A stretch of 64,000 nt of DNA from Roseibacillus sp. (GTDB taxonomy: Bacteria; Verrucomicrobiota; Verrucomicrobiia; Verrucomicrobiales; Akkermansiaceae), in NCBI GenBank assembly GCA_965242925.1, contig CBDEUM010000014.1, positions 192,001-256,000 of the forward strand, in the 5' to 3' direction. Numbering within the stretch: position 1 is the first letter of the stretch; every line of letters starts with the position of its first letter. Under the pieces are notes generated by a model. It was given only the letters and a program-made list of their open reading frames with translations, made no database searches and was not told the DNA's origin. Below, one piece after another: positions 1-10,559 of this stretch. Position numbers and translations under genes: made by a program.

Positions 1-635
1 TCCAGGCCCATCCACGGGCTGTGCGGGGTGCCGAACCAGATCACCGTAAAGGAGGGTTTCTCCGCCTTGGCCTGCGCACCGATGAACTTGAGCGCTTCCG
101 CCACGATGACTTCCGAGGAATCGCCCGTGAACTCCTCGAACTTCCCCTTCCGGCTCATGACCGGATCCTTGTCGAAGAAATTGGTGACCGAGAGCCACTC
201 GTCGAATCCGAATCCGCCCGGGCCGTGGGTGTCTTCCTTCAGGATGGGAACTCCCGGCCCACGCAATCCGTTGAGGTGCCACTTCCCGAAATGTCCGGTG
301 GCATAGCCCGATCCTCGGAGCGCTACCGCCAGGGTCTTCTCCTGCTTGCGCAAGGCAAAACCGTGGCTCTGCACTCCGGTCCGGTTGTGCGTCCGCCCGG
401 TCAGGACCGTCGCCCTGGTTGGCGAACACACCGGACCTCCCGCATAGAACCGGTCGAAGCGCAGCCCGCCCGCCGCCATCGCATCGAGGTGCGGGGTCTT
501 GAGCACGGGGTGGTTGTAATACCCGGTCTGTCCCCAACCCATGTCGTCCGCCATGACGAGGACGATGTTCGGTTTTTGCGCGTCGCAGGGGATAAACGCG
601 ATGAGCAGGAAGAAGGCTGGAAGGAGGATCCTCAT
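1..635 (-). CDS. Sulfatase (formylglycine-dependent), N-terminal part, runs off the window
   Basis: Not in the ORF track. Manual translation from ATG at 635: [35 protein letters not shown]...[13 protein letters not shown]...[12 protein letters not shown]. Signal peptide, CxPxR motif and GKWH motif. Confidence 0.93.
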   Translation of the reverse strand, partial: MRILLPAFFLLIAFIPCDAQKPNIVLVMADDMGWGQTGYYNHPVLKTPHLDAMAAGGLRFDRFYAGGPVCSPTRATVLTGRTHNRTGVQSHGFALRKQEKTLAVALRGSGYATGHFGKWHLNGLRGPGVPILKEDTHGPGGFGFDEWLSVTNFFDKDPVMSRKGKFEEFTGDSSEVIVAEALKFIGAQAKAEKPSFTVIWFGTPHSPWMGL

Positions 636-747
636 GAATTGATCTGGCTAGGGGAGGCATCCCACCATGCTTCCCCCGGCGTGGCAACTCATCACGATCC
701 GCAGCAGCTGCGGCGTATCTCCCCGGACATGGAGCCTGTCCAACCGG

Positions 748-2238
748 TTACTTTTTGAGCGCCGTCACCTTGTCAGCCCACGCGATATCCCGGTCAAAGA
801 ACACTGCGAACGGCTTGTAGTTGTGATACGGCACCGCGTCCTGCTGCCATTGCTGAACGATGCCGTCGTAGCTGCGCCGCATCCTCTGGAGGAGTTCCCC
901 GTGCTCCTCCGGGAGACGAGCGAGGTTTTCCAGCTCCAGGGGATCCTGTTCCGTATCGTAAAGTTCCTCCACCGGCTCAAAGCCCTTCCCGCTCCAGGGC
1001 CAGTAAATGTATTTCGTCTCCCTCGTGACCACCGCCAGGCTGTGCACTTCGGCCGGTCCCCAGACATTGATGAGGGGCAGCGCTGTTCGGATCCTGCCCT
1101 TCGGGTTCTCATAGAGCGGCAGGATACTGTGCCCATCGATCCCCTCCGGACGCTCCACCCCGGCCAGCTCCAGGATGGAAGGCATGAGATCTATGTTCCC
1201 GGTCAGGGAGTCACAGCGCAGCTCCTTCCCGCTGTTGGAGTGGCGCGGATCATGGATGATCAGGGGGACGCGGGATGATTCCTCGTAGGGCAGCACCTTG
1301 GACCCGTAACCGTGCGACCCACACAGAAATCCATTGTCCGAGGTGAAAATCACAACCGTGTTTCCTGCCACCCCGTTCTTCTCCAGGGCTGACCGGATCA
1401 TTCCTACCGCCACGTCTACTGCGTAAACCTGTTGATGATACGTGGCCATCACTTCGTCGTACTTGGTCGCGTAGTTCCAACCGTAAAACCGCTCATACTG
1501 GCGCCCCTGGCGGCTCTGCCTGGCAAAATGCAGACCATACTCACGACCAAAGTTCCTGGGCTTGGTAAAGGTCCTGCCGGCGTAGACCGCCTCGTCCAGT
1601 GGATCGGGAGTGGCAGGTTTGTGGGGAGCCTTGAAGCTGACGGAGAGGCAAAAAGGCTTCTCCGCCTTCGCCGCCTCCGCAATGAAATCCGCCCCGAATG
1701 CCCCGTAGGAGCGCGAGGAATGCGGATACTTCTCTGCATAGGCCGCCATCGATTTGTTCCTCGCGGTCTGGTAATGCGTCTGTCCCGGCCCCGCCCCCCA
1801 TCTGTCAAAGTCACTCGTGGGCAGCGCCCCTTTCCTTTCCGGTTTCGTCGTGACCACCAACCCTATCTTACCCGCCATGGCGGTCAGGTAGCCCGCCTCC
1901 CTGAGCAGGACCGGATAGGAATTGGCCCAGTGTGAGCTATGGAGGGCCCCATGCTCAAAATTGCATCCGTGCCTGAACTCAACCTTGCCCGTCAGGATGT
2001 TGGCCCGGCTCGCCATACAGATCGCCGTGCTGACATAGTGGCAATCGAAGACCATCCCATCCTTCGCGAGGGCATCGAGGTGCGGGGTCCTTACCTCGGC
2101 ATTTCCGTAGCACCCCATCGAATAGCTACACTGGTCATCAGTGAGCAGAAAGACGATGTTGGGCCTTTCCCCTCCGACGGGAAGAGCCGCGACCGGAAGG
2201 CAGGAGATGCAGGCCAGCAACATCAAGGGAAACTTCAT
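748..2238 (-). CDS. Sulfatase with CxAxR signature
   Basis: RPNIVFLLTDDQ, CMASRANILTG, FTSDNG, YEESSRVPLII, ELYD..DPLELENL. Start moved to MKFPLML (2238), which gives a signal peptide. Confidence 0.92.
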   Translation of the reverse strand: MKFPLMLLACISCLPVAALPVGGERPNIVFLLTDDQCSYSMGCYGNAEVRTPHLDALAKDGMVFDCHYVSTAICMASRANILTGKVEFRHGCNFEHGALHSSHWANSYPVLLREAGYLTAMAGKIGLVVTTKPERKGALPTSDFDRWGAGPGQTHYQTARNKSMAAYAEKYPHSSRSYGAFGADFIAEAAKAEKPFCLSVSFKAPHKPATPDPLDEAVYAGRTFTKPRNFGREYGLHFARQSRQGRQYERFYGWNYATKYDEVMATYHQQVYAVDVAVGMIRSALEKNGVAGNTVVIFTSDNGFLCGSHGYGSKVLPYEESSRVPLIIHDPRHSNSGKELRCDSLTGNIDLMPSILELAGVERPEGIDGHSILPLYENPKGRIRTALPLINVWGPAEVHSLAVVTRETKYIYWPWSGKGFEPVEELYDTEQDPLELENLARLPEEHGELLQRMRRSYDGIVQQWQQDAVPYHNYKPFAVFFDRDIAWADKVTALKK

Positions 2239-2392
2239 CGTATGGGAGATGGTCGACAGTATTGCCGCGGAAGCGATCAGGAACTCGCTGTTTCTCCTCC
2301 CCTTCCATGCCGTCACTTCCCACAAGGGGGTTTTAAGCCTTGAAGCTACCAAATAACTCCCCTAAACCCCGCCCCCGAATTCATGCCAAACC

Positions 2393-3901
2393 ATGTCTGA
2401 CACTTCCTCCGATATCGGACTCGTAGGCCTTGCGGTCATGGGTCAAAACCTCGCCCTGAACATAGCTGACCACGGCTTCAGGATTTCCGTTTACAACCGC
2501 ACCACTTCCAAGACCGACAAGTTTGTGGCCGCCAATCCGGACACTCCCGGCGGGGTGGTGGGCGCAACGACCCTTGAGGAGTTCGTGCAGTCCATCAAGC
2601 GTCCACGCAAGATCATCATCCTGGTCCAGGCCGGCGGCCCCACCGACTCGGTAATCGACGGACTGACCGAACTGCTCGACCCCGACGACATCATAATCGA
2701 CGGAGGAAACGCACTCTGGACCGACACCATCCGCCGGGAAAAGGATCTCAATGAAAAGGGCTTCCGGTTTGTTGGTTCCGGGGTCTCGGGCGGAGAGGAA
2801 GGTGCGCGCTTCGGCCCGGCCCTCATGCCCGGCGGGAAGGAGAGTGCCTGGCAGGAACTCAAACCCATCTGGGAAGCGATTGCAGCCAAGGTCGACGAAG
2901 AAACCGGCAAGCCCCTGGAAGGCGCCGAAGCGGGAAAACCCATCGAGGGTGGTGTCCCCTGCGCGACATACATCGGCGAAAATGGTGCGGGCCACTATGT
3001 CAAGATGGTCCACAACGGCATCGAGTACGGCGACATGCAGGTGATCTGCGAGGCCTACAATCTGATGGGGAATCTCCTCGGCATAACTCCCGGGGAAATG
3101 AGCGCGGTCTTCGGGGACTGGAACCAGGGCGTCCTGGATTCATTCCTCATCGAGATTACGGCCGACATTCTCGGTCAGAAAGATCCCGAAACCGGTCAAC
3201 CCTTCGTCGATATCGTGCTCGACACCGCCGGCCAGAAGGGAACCGGCAAGTGGACCTCCATCAACGCCCTCGACATGGGCATCGCCGCCCCCTGCATCGC
3301 GGAGGCTGTCTTTGCCCGCTGTATCAGTGCCCTCAAGGAAGAACGGGTTGCCGCTTCCCAGGTGATCACCTCCAACCTCGAGACTTTCGAGGGCGATCGG
3401 ACAGAGTTCGTGCAGGCCATTCACGATGCGCTCTACTGTTCCAAGATCTGCTCCTACGCCCAGGGCTTTCAATTGATGCGTGAAGCACAGAACGAGTATG
3501 GCTGGCAGCTGGATTTCGGCCAGATCTCCATGATCTGGCGCGGTGGATGTATCATTCGCGCCCGCTTCCTCCAGAAGATCTTCGAGGCCTACCAGGCCAA
3601 CCCCGAAATTGCCAATCTCCTCCTCGATCCCTACTTCAAGAGCGAAATCGACCGCTGCCAGGCCAACTGGCGCAAGGTGGTGGCCACCGCGGCCCTGCAC
3701 GGCATCCCCATTCCCTGCTTCAGTTCGGCGCTCTCCTACTACGACAGCTACCGCAGCGCGCGCCTCCCGGCCAATCTCCTGCAGGGACAGCGCGACTTCT
3801 TCGGAGCCCATACCTACGAGCGGGTCGACAAGGAGCGGGGTCACACCTTCCACATCGACTGGCCCGCCCCCGACCGGCCGCAGATCCAGATCCAACCGTA
3901 A
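2393..3901 (+). CDS. gnd: NADP-dependent 6-phosphogluconate dehydrogenase (decarboxylating)
   Basis: [68 protein letters not shown]. Confidence 0.98.
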   Translation: MSDTSSDIGLVGLAVMGQNLALNIADHGFRISVYNRTTSKTDKFVAANPDTPGGVVGATTLEEFVQSIKRPRKIIILVQAGGPTDSVIDGLTELLDPDDIIIDGGNALWTDTIRREKDLNEKGFRFVGSGVSGGEEGARFGPALMPGGKESAWQELKPIWEAIAAKVDEETGKPLEGAEAGKPIEGGVPCATYIGENGAGHYVKMVHNGIEYGDMQVICEAYNLMGNLLGITPGEMSAVFGDWNQGVLDSFLIEITADILGQKDPETGQPFVDIVLDTAGQKGTGKWTSINALDMGIAAPCIAEAVFARCISALKEERVAASQVITSNLETFEGDRTEFVQAIHDALYCSKICSYAQGFQLMREAQNEYGWQLDFGQISMIWRGGCIIRARFLQKIFEAYQANPEIANLLLDPYFKSEIDRCQANWRKVVATAALHGIPIPCFSSALSYYDSYRSARLPANLLQGQRDFFGAHTYERVDKERGHTFHIDWPAPDRPQIQIQP

Positions 3902-3906
3902 CCGGC

Positions 3907-5310
3907 CTACTTCCCGCCCTTCGTTCCGATCGCGATCAGTTTGAACCGCGTACGAAAGAAGAGCATCCCCCCGGCCAGAGCCGGTGAGGCCAGGCAGGTA
4001 TCGTCCAGCTCATTCTCAGCTACCACCGAGAATTCATCACCCGCCTTCACCACGAAGACCTTCCCGGTTTCTCCTGCAAAGAAGAGGTGCCTGCCATCGG
4101 AAACAGGTGAGGCGCTGAATCCTCCCCCACCCTGCCCGATCCGCTCGCGGTAGTGGATCTCGCCGGAGACCGCATCGAAGCAGGTCAGGACACCCCCCCC
4201 ATCGCAACTGTAGAGGTTCTTCCCCACCACGATGGGCGTGGCCATGTAGGCCCCCTTGCGCCCATGAACCCAGGGGATGTGCTCGCTGGTATCGTCAACC
4301 TTCCGGAGCGTAATCTCACCCCGGGCGCTCAACCTGACTGCGCGCATGGGGCTGTGCCTGCCGTGCGCATTGCTCAGGAAAACGTTCCCGTGGGCAGTGA
4401 CCGGAGTAGGCACCGGGATGTCACCACCTCCCTGGAGCTTCCAGATCTCTTCGCCGCTCTCGAAATCGTAAGCCCCGGTGTGATGCCAGCCATTAACGAG
4501 AATCTGAGTCTTCCCCTCGTGCTCCACGATGGTGGGCGTCCCCCAGGTCGGGACATCTTTCCGCTCTCTCTTCCAGAGTTCCTTGCCGTCCTCAAGCCGG
4601 TAGACCGCGAGAAACGATCCCTCCTGCACATCGCAAAGAACCACGACCTTGCCGTCGTGAATGACCGGTGAACTCCCAAATCCCCACTGGGCGGTCTTTA
4701 CCCGGAACCAGCCCGCATCCATCGGCCCAAGATCCTTCCGCCAGCGCAACTCTCCCTCCATGTCAAAACAGAAGAGGCCCTCTGATCCGAAAATGGCTAC
4801 CAGGTTCTTCCCATCCGTGGTGGGTGTTGAATTACAATGGGTGGCCTTGGTGTGGCGCTTGACCTTTGGTTTCCCCTCGAACCCCACCTTGTTGAAGAGA
4901 ACCGCTCCCGTCGCTTTGTCGATGGCGAGCAACCGCCATTGCTGCACGCCATTATCGCTGGCGGATCCGACATCACCTCTGACCTTCACATCCAGTTCCT
5001 GCACCCCCCCGGTGACCGCGGTGGCCAGATAGACCCGATCGCCCCAGACAATGGGGGAAGCATGCCCAAGGCCCTTGATCCCGGTCTGCCAACGCACATT
5101 TTCCTGTTTTCCCACGTGCCAGCGGGTGGGCAGTCCGGCTCCTGCCAGGAGTCCACTCGCACGGTGACCCCGGAACTGGGACCACTGTCCCGCCGGGGAC
5201 AATCCCGGGGCGGGTAGAGCAGCCCTGGCGGTCTCTTCAGCTCCCTCAGGCCCAGCTGCAGTCGAGCTGATCATTACTCCGGCGAGGAGGTGGGGGAAGA
5301 ATCGTCGCAT
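3907..5310 (-). CDS. PQQ-binding-like (BamB-like) beta-propeller protein, PVC type
   Basis: Signal peptide, WSQFRG, WQTGIKGLGHASPIVWGD, repeated SP/TP...G..W blades, C-terminal ASPALAGGMLFFRT. Confidence 0.88.
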   Translation of the reverse strand: MRRFFPHLLAGVMISSTAAGPEGAEETARAALPAPGLSPAGQWSQFRGHRASGLLAGAGLPTRWHVGKQENVRWQTGIKGLGHASPIVWGDRVYLATAVTGGVQELDVKVRGDVGSASDNGVQQWRLLAIDKATGAVLFNKVGFEGKPKVKRHTKATHCNSTPTTDGKNLVAIFGSEGLFCFDMEGELRWRKDLGPMDAGWFRVKTAQWGFGSSPVIHDGKVVVLCDVQEGSFLAVYRLEDGKELWKRERKDVPTWGTPTIVEHEGKTQILVNGWHHTGAYDFESGEEIWKLQGGGDIPVPTPVTAHGNVFLSNAHGRHSPMRAVRLSARGEITLRKVDDTSEHIPWVHGRKGAYMATPIVVGKNLYSCDGGGVLTCFDAVSGEIHYRERIGQGGGGFSASPVSDGRHLFFAGETGKVFVVKAGDEFSVVAENELDDTCLASPALAGGMLFFRTRFKLIAIGTKGGK

Positions 5311-5397
5311 GGTAGCACTCCCGACAGATTACCAGTAAAACCGTCCTCCGCCCAGAGCAGGATGTCAAGTTGCGGGGAGGGCCTGCCTGTGCGTTCC

Positions 5398-6588
5398 TCA
5401 ATCGTCCAGATCGACCATCGGGTCAACCTCCTGATCGTAGTCGACACCCGGAAATCCAAAGCCGAAAAGCTTGAGAAACTCTTCCTGGTAATTGTTGAAG
5501 TCCGTAATTTCCCGGAGGTTCCCGGAGGTCACCAGGGGCCAGATCTCCTTCACCCTTTCCTGGATGGCCGGATCCATCTCCCAGTCATCGATCCGGATGA
5601 GCCCCTTGTCATCGAATTGCGGCACGTTGTTGTTGTAGAGGTGCGTGGAAAAGAGCCGCTGGATCTGCTCGATCGTTCCCTCATGATTTCCCTTCTCCTT
5701 CATCACGCGATAGAGGATGGAGATGTAGAGCGGCACAACCGGGATAGCCGAGCTGGCCTGCGTCACCAGTGCCTTGTTGACAGAGACGTAGGCACCTCCA
5801 TCGCCGTTCGCCTTGAGCAGAGCATCGATTTGCCGGGCCGCATTCCGCAGGTCGATCTTGGCACGTCCCATCGTCCCGTTGGTGTAGACCGCCCAGGTCG
5901 CTTCCGGGCCTATATAGTCATATGCCACCGCAGTCGTACCCGGTGCCAGCACTCCCCCCTCGTTCAGAGCTTCCATCCAGAAGCTCCAGTCCTCGCCCCC
6001 CATCACTGCCACCGTGTCGGAGATTTCCTGCTCGGTGGCTGATTCAATGGTCACCTCGCTCACCATCCCCTGATCGGTATCCAACGTCTTGGAGGTGTAG
6101 TTCTGACCGATCGGTTTCAAGGTCGACTTGTGAATCTTGCCCGTGCGCGGATGCTCCCGCCGGGGCGCCGCCAGGCTGTAGACGACCAGATCGATCTGCC
6201 CGAAATCGGCCTTGATGGCCTCCACCACCTGCGTCTTCATTTCATTGGAATAGGCATCGCCGTTAAAGCTCCGTGCATAAAGGCCCTCCGCTCCAGCGGC
6301 CCGGTGAAAGGCGGCGGAATTGTACCATCCCGCCGTGGCACACTTTATCTCCTCGGGAGGACGCTCGAAAAAGACCCCCATCGTCCTGGCTCCGCTTCCG
6401 AAGGACGCCGTGATCCTGGACGCCAGGCCGTAGCCGGTGGAGGCGCCAATAACGAGAACGTTCCCTGGTCCGTTCTCAATGGCACCCCTCGCCTTCACGT
6501 AATCAATTTGTTCCTGCACGTGAGCAGCGCATCCCGTGGGATGGGCAGTGAGGCATACAAATCCCCGCACTCTCGGCTTGATGATCAT
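5398..6588 (-). CDS. fabV: Enoyl-ACP reductase FabV / trans-2-enoyl-CoA reductase
   Basis: Start MIIKPRVRGFVCLTAHPTGC; VLVIGASTGYGLASRI, VYSLAAP, VMGGEDW, YTNGTMGRAK, KALVTQASSAIP, HEGTIEQ, LIRIDDWE. Confidence 0.96.
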   Translation of the reverse strand: MIIKPRVRGFVCLTAHPTGCAAHVQEQIDYVKARGAIENGPGNVLVIGASTGYGLASRITASFGSGARTMGVFFERPPEEIKCATAGWYNSAAFHRAAGAEGLYARSFNGDAYSNEMKTQVVEAIKADFGQIDLVVYSLAAPRREHPRTGKIHKSTLKPIGQNYTSKTLDTDQGMVSEVTIESATEQEISDTVAVMGGEDWSFWMEALNEGGVLAPGTTAVAYDYIGPEATWAVYTNGTMGRAKIDLRNAARQIDALLKANGDGGAYVSVNKALVTQASSAIPVVPLYISILYRVMKEKGNHEGTIEQIQRLFSTHLYNNNVPQFDDKGLIRIDDWEMDPAIQERVKEIWPLVTSGNLREITDFNNYQEEFLKLFGFGFPGVDYDQEVDPMVDLDD

Positions 6589-6725
6589 GAGGCGAACTCT
6601 CCGGACGCCACCCACGCCGGTCGAGCAAAACCTGTCCCTGCCGGTCATTTTGGATCCTGGTGGGTGGCCACTACCATACCATCAGGGACTAGACAGTCTT
6701 CTCAGCAGGATTCATACCCATTCCC

Positions 6726-7430
6726 GTGAATCTCACAGGAAAGCGTGCGGTCGTCTTTGGGGGCACTTCAGGGATCGGACTCGCTACAGTCCGGCAACTG
6801 GCCGCCGCAGGGGCAAAAGTTGTCGCCGCGAGCCGCTCCGCGGAAGAGCAGCCGCCACCCGCCGAGGGGGTGTTTCGGCGATCAGTGGATATCCTCGATC
6901 GAGAGGCCCTCACTGCCTTCTACAAAGAAGCCGACCCATTTGACCTGGTGGTGAACACTGCCGTGCCGGCCGGGCGGGAGCAGGGCCCCTTTCCCGGGAT
7001 GAACCTCGACGGCTTTCAGGCCACCTTCAACAAACTGTGGGGCTACGTGAACACGGTACACCTGGGGCTTCCCTATTTCACGGATCAGGCCTCCATCGTA
7101 CTGGTGAGCGGATTCCCGGCCCGCAAGTGCAAACCCGGGGCTTCCGCCATCTCGACGGTGGGCCACGCGGTGGAGGGGTTCGTGCGTGCCATTGCCCCCG
7201 AGATCGCCCCCAGGCGGATCAACATCGTGTCGCCCGGCATCATCGACACGCCCCTCTTCCCACAGCAAGGCGCGGAGCGGGAAGAGTTTTTCCAGAAAGC
7301 AGTCGGCGACCACGCCATTCCCCGCCCCGGCCGGGCCGAGGAGGTAGCACAGGCGATTCTCTTCCTCCTGCAGAACGACTTCACCACCGGCACCGTGGTC
7401 GACGTCGATGGTGGTGCCTCCTTACCCTGA
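6726..7430 (+). CDS. Short-chain dehydrogenase/reductase (atypical active site)
   Basis: VFGGTSGIG Rossmann motif, RINIVSPGIIDTP, TTGTVVDVDGG. GTG start. Confidence 0.9.
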   Translation: MNLTGKRAVVFGGTSGIGLATVRQLAAAGAKVVAASRSAEEQPPPAEGVFRRSVDILDREALTAFYKEADPFDLVVNTAVPAGREQGPFPGMNLDGFQATFNKLWGYVNTVHLGLPYFTDQASIVLVSGFPARKCKPGASAISTVGHAVEGFVRAIAPEIAPRRINIVSPGIIDTPLFPQQGAEREEFFQKAVGDHAIPRPGRAEEVAQAILFLLQNDFTTGTVVDVDGGASLP

Positions 7431-7527
7431 CCTGCTGCAGGGTCTTCTCTGCACCCATGCTAGGACACATGCCAGCGGACCGCGGTTCCTCCCGCCCGAT
7501 CGTCACCGCCTTCCCTGGAGCAGGACT

Positions 7528-8604
7528 CTACCGCTGCACCCGGGCATTGCCCTTCCAGATACTCCAGACCTGGTCTTCGTCGGCGGGCTGGCCATAGTCG
7601 GTGAGAAGGGTCGCGGCCAATGCTCCGCTGGCCCAGCCGAACTGGGCACACTTCTCACCTTCCCAGCCGCGCAGGATGCCATACAGCAGTCCGCCCACGA
7701 AACCGTCTCCGCCGCCAATCCGGTCGAGGACCCCGATCTCACGGGGCTCAATAACGTGCCAGTCATCTCCGTCGGCCACGATGCCGCCCCATTCGTGCAG
7801 GTTCACGCTGATCACTTCCCGGAGGGTAGTGGCGTAGACCGAGGCGTTGGGGAACTGCTCCTTCACCCGGTTGATCATCTCCTTGAAACTGTCGATCTTG
7901 CCGGCGATATCCTCGCCTCCGGCTTCCGGCCCTTCCACTCCGAGACAGAGCTGGAAATCCTCCTCGTTTCCGACAAGGACATCCGCAAGGGTCCCAATTT
8001 CGTGAAAAGCTTCACTCAGTTCCTCCTCCCGTCCCTTCCAGAAGGTGGCCCGATGATTGAGGTCGAAGGAGATCTTGGTGTCGTATTTCTTGGCCGAGCG
8101 GGCCACATCCAGGCAGAACTGGGTCGAGTCTGGCGAGAGCGCAGCGATCAGGCCCGACATGTGGACGATCTGGGCACCCTCTTCTCCGAAGATCCGCTCA
8201 AGGTCGAAATCCCCGGCCTTGAGGTCGCAACCTACTTCCCCAGCCCGGTCATTCCAGACCCGGGGTCCACGCGAGCCCGTCCCGCTGTCCGCCATGTTGA
8301 TCTGGTGCCGATAACCCCAGGGACCGCCTTGCTCGATATCAGGCCCCTCGTAGTCCATATGGCGACCGGCCAGGTTGTCCTTGATGAAGCGGGAAACCGG
8401 GCTGTCCTTGATGAACGCGGTCAGAATCTTGACCGGGAGTCCGAGATAGGAGGAGACGCTGCCCACATTGGATTCCGCACTGCTGGCGGTCAGTACGAAG
8501 TTGTCCGAACAGTGAAAGGGCTGACCGTTCACCGGGGTGAGGCGTGTTCCCATCGAGGTGGGAATCACCATCGCATACTTGCAGTCGGGCTTGAGGGCGA
8601 TCAT
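7528..8604 (-). CDS. PfkB-family sugar kinase (2-keto-3-deoxygluconate kinase-like)
   Basis: SAESNV, SFDLNHR, VGNEEDFQ, DRIGGGDGFVGG (PfkB signature 2). Start at 8604 or 8619. Confidence 0.88.
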   Translation of the reverse strand: MIALKPDCKYAMVIPTSMGTRLTPVNGQPFHCSDNFVLTASSAESNVGSVSSYLGLPVKILTAFIKDSPVSRFIKDNLAGRHMDYEGPDIEQGGPWGYRHQINMADSGTGSRGPRVWNDRAGEVGCDLKAGDFDLERIFGEEGAQIVHMSGLIAALSPDSTQFCLDVARSAKKYDTKISFDLNHRATFWKGREEELSEAFHEIGTLADVLVGNEEDFQLCLGVEGPEAGGEDIAGKIDSFKEMINRVKEQFPNASVYATTLREVISVNLHEWGGIVADGDDWHVIEPREIGVLDRIGGGDGFVGGLLYGILRGWEGEKCAQFGWASGALAATLLTDYGQPADEDQVWSIWKGNARVQR

Positions 8605-8795
8605 GGCGTAAGGTGGCAATAAGGTTGTTCGCTAGGTGTCGGGCAGGTAGCAGGATTGCCCGGCCACGGCAAGCCCTACACGGCGCTCCGCCTGGACCAG
8701 AAAGAAGGCCCGGCCAAAGAGAGTCACTGCCTTGGTGCCCGGTCGCTCTTGCAGAACACCCGATGCCATCAGCTCCGCTCCCCACCCGGACCACC

Positions 8796-8884
8796 TCATG
8801 AACGGCAAAACCACCAGCGATCGGGGTAAGCCGAGATGTGCGGCGTGACAGATCGACCGGACCTGACCTGATCGCCGTTCATGA
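8796..8884. other. Intergenic nested inverted repeats (possible structured RNA or operator)
   Basis: TCATGAACGGC (8796-8806) is the reverse complement of GCCGTTCATGA (8874-8884). GCGATCGGG (8817-8825) can pair with CCTGATCGC (8867-8875) with one G-U. Confidence 0.35.
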
Positions 8885-9230
8885 TTGATACCGTAAAGCC
8901 CCCCCGGGCACTGCCTTCTGAAACAAACTTGAATGGAAGATTCTCCGGGAAATTCATTCAGATATCCTAACTACCAAGGGAGCCTTCTCCATCCACTTCA
9001 TTTACCATCATCCATTGAGCTGAAGTTGTTGCCAAGTTATCCGCCGGTCCTCCATGGCCATCGCTCTTTCGTGTGTCCCCTTTTCGTAAATTTCTAGCTT
9101 GTTGGATTCCGGATCTTTGGTTGTAGATCACCCCTGACCAATTCTCATGGGCTTACCCGGCGCCAAAGGCGGACACCCATGAATTTCCTCCGGGGACCAC
9201 AATACAACGAAGCTCACCAGACGGTAAACC

Positions 9231-10370
9231 ATGGCAAAAAAAACAACCAAGAAGAAGAATACGGCAAAACGTTCCAGTGATGTAGCAGCCGCGGAGAAAT
9301 TGGCGGCAACTGCAAAAAAATCGATCATCAAACCCGATCAGGATGGTGCAATCGACGACGTAGCCGCAGTCAAGAAACTCAATGATGCCCGCGACGCGAT
9401 CGTGGCCGAATTGCGCAAGAGCATCGTGGGGATGGACCAAGTCATCGACGAAGTTCTCATTGCCATCTTTTCCCGCGGACACGGGCTTCTCGAAGGGGTT
9501 CCCGGACTGGCAAAGACCCTTCTGGTCAGCTCCATCGCCAAAACGCTTTCCCTCTCCTTCAAGCGGATCCAGTTCACCCCGGACCTGATGCCTTCTGACA
9601 TCACGGGCAGTGAACTCCTCCAGGACGACCCGGAGACCCGGGAGCGCAAGTTCATGTTCACCAAGGGACCGATCTTCTCCAACCTCGTCCTCGCGGACGA
9701 AATCAACCGGACACCCCCCAAGACCCAGGCAGCCCTTCTTGAGGCCATGCAGGAAAAAATGGTGTCTGCTGGCGGTGATGACTACGTTCTCGATGCCCCA
9801 TTCTTCGTACTGGCCACCCAGAACCCCCTTGAGCAGGAAGGAACCTATGCTCTTCCGGAAGCCCAGCTTGACCGGTTCATGTTCAAGATCCATGTGAGCT
9901 ATCCATCCCAGCAGGAGGAAATCGACATCATGCGCAGCGTAACCGGCAGCGGTGGTGGCTCCCCCCAGCAAGTGATTGGCAAGGAGGACATCCTTGCCCT
10001 GCAGGATCTCGTCACCCGGGTTCCCGTCGCGGACCACATCTTCCAGTATGTTGCCGCACTCGTCCGGGCCACCCGGCCCGCCGAGGACAACGCTCCCGGA
10101 TTCGTCAAGGACTTCGTCTCCTGGGGTTGTGGCCCAAGGGCCTGCCTGAACCTGATCACCGGTGCCAAGGCCCGGGCTATCCTGCGCGGGCGCTTCGGCG
10201 CGTCTCTTGAAGACGTTCAGGCCCTCGCCGGCCCCGTTATGCGCCACCGCATGGGACTCAACTTCGCGGCTCAGGCCGAGGGTGTTGATGCCGATCACGT
10301 CATCGGTCGTCTCCTTGAGGAGATCCCCAGCGACAAGGAACTCTACGAGAAGACAGCGGCCTCAGCCTGA
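9231..10370 (+). CDS. moxR: MoxR-family AAA+ ATPase
   Basis: LLEGVPGLAKT (Walker A), RIQFTPDLMPSDITG, LADEINRTPPKTQAALLEAMQE, ATQNPLEQEGTYALPEAQLDRF. Confidence 0.97.
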   Translation: MAKKTTKKKNTAKRSSDVAAAEKLAATAKKSIIKPDQDGAIDDVAAVKKLNDARDAIVAELRKSIVGMDQVIDEVLIAIFSRGHGLLEGVPGLAKTLLVSSIAKTLSLSFKRIQFTPDLMPSDITGSELLQDDPETRERKFMFTKGPIFSNLVLADEINRTPPKTQAALLEAMQEKMVSAGGDDYVLDAPFFVLATQNPLEQEGTYALPEAQLDRFMFKIHVSYPSQQEEIDIMRSVTGSGGGSPQQVIGKEDILALQDLVTRVPVADHIFQYVAALVRATRPAEDNAPGFVKDFVSWGCGPRACLNLITGAKARAILRGRFGASLEDVQALAGPVMRHRMGLNFAAQAEGVDADHVIGRLLEEIPSDKELYEKTAASA

Positions 10371-10403
10371 TCCAATCCGGTCGGCCGGCTGCCCACCCCG
10401 GCT

Positions 10404-10446
10404 CTCATCTTCCTCCCCCTGCCCAATCGCCCGGGGGAGGGATGAG
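10404..10446 (+). other. Strong intergenic stem-loop without U-tract between moxR and DUF58
   Basis: CTCATC-TT-CCTCCCCC / 13-nt loop / GGGGGAGG-GATGAG: 14 bp with a 2-nt bulge. Confidence 0.5.
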
Positions 10447-10559
10447 GCTTCCCGGAAGCACTGAGCAGAGCCCGCCACGGCAGGTGAAACGAATTCATGC
10501 CGAACCGGCCAACGTAAAGAAAAACGAGAAAGCAGCGAAACGCTCTCTCAGCACCAGAC

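Noticed and set aside
21..758. 245-aa plus-strand ORF
   Set aside because: Shadow of the minus-strand sulfatase at 1-635.
5509..5529. Short direct repeat TTCCCGGAGG x2
   Set aside because: Lies inside fabV coding sequence; consistent with chance.
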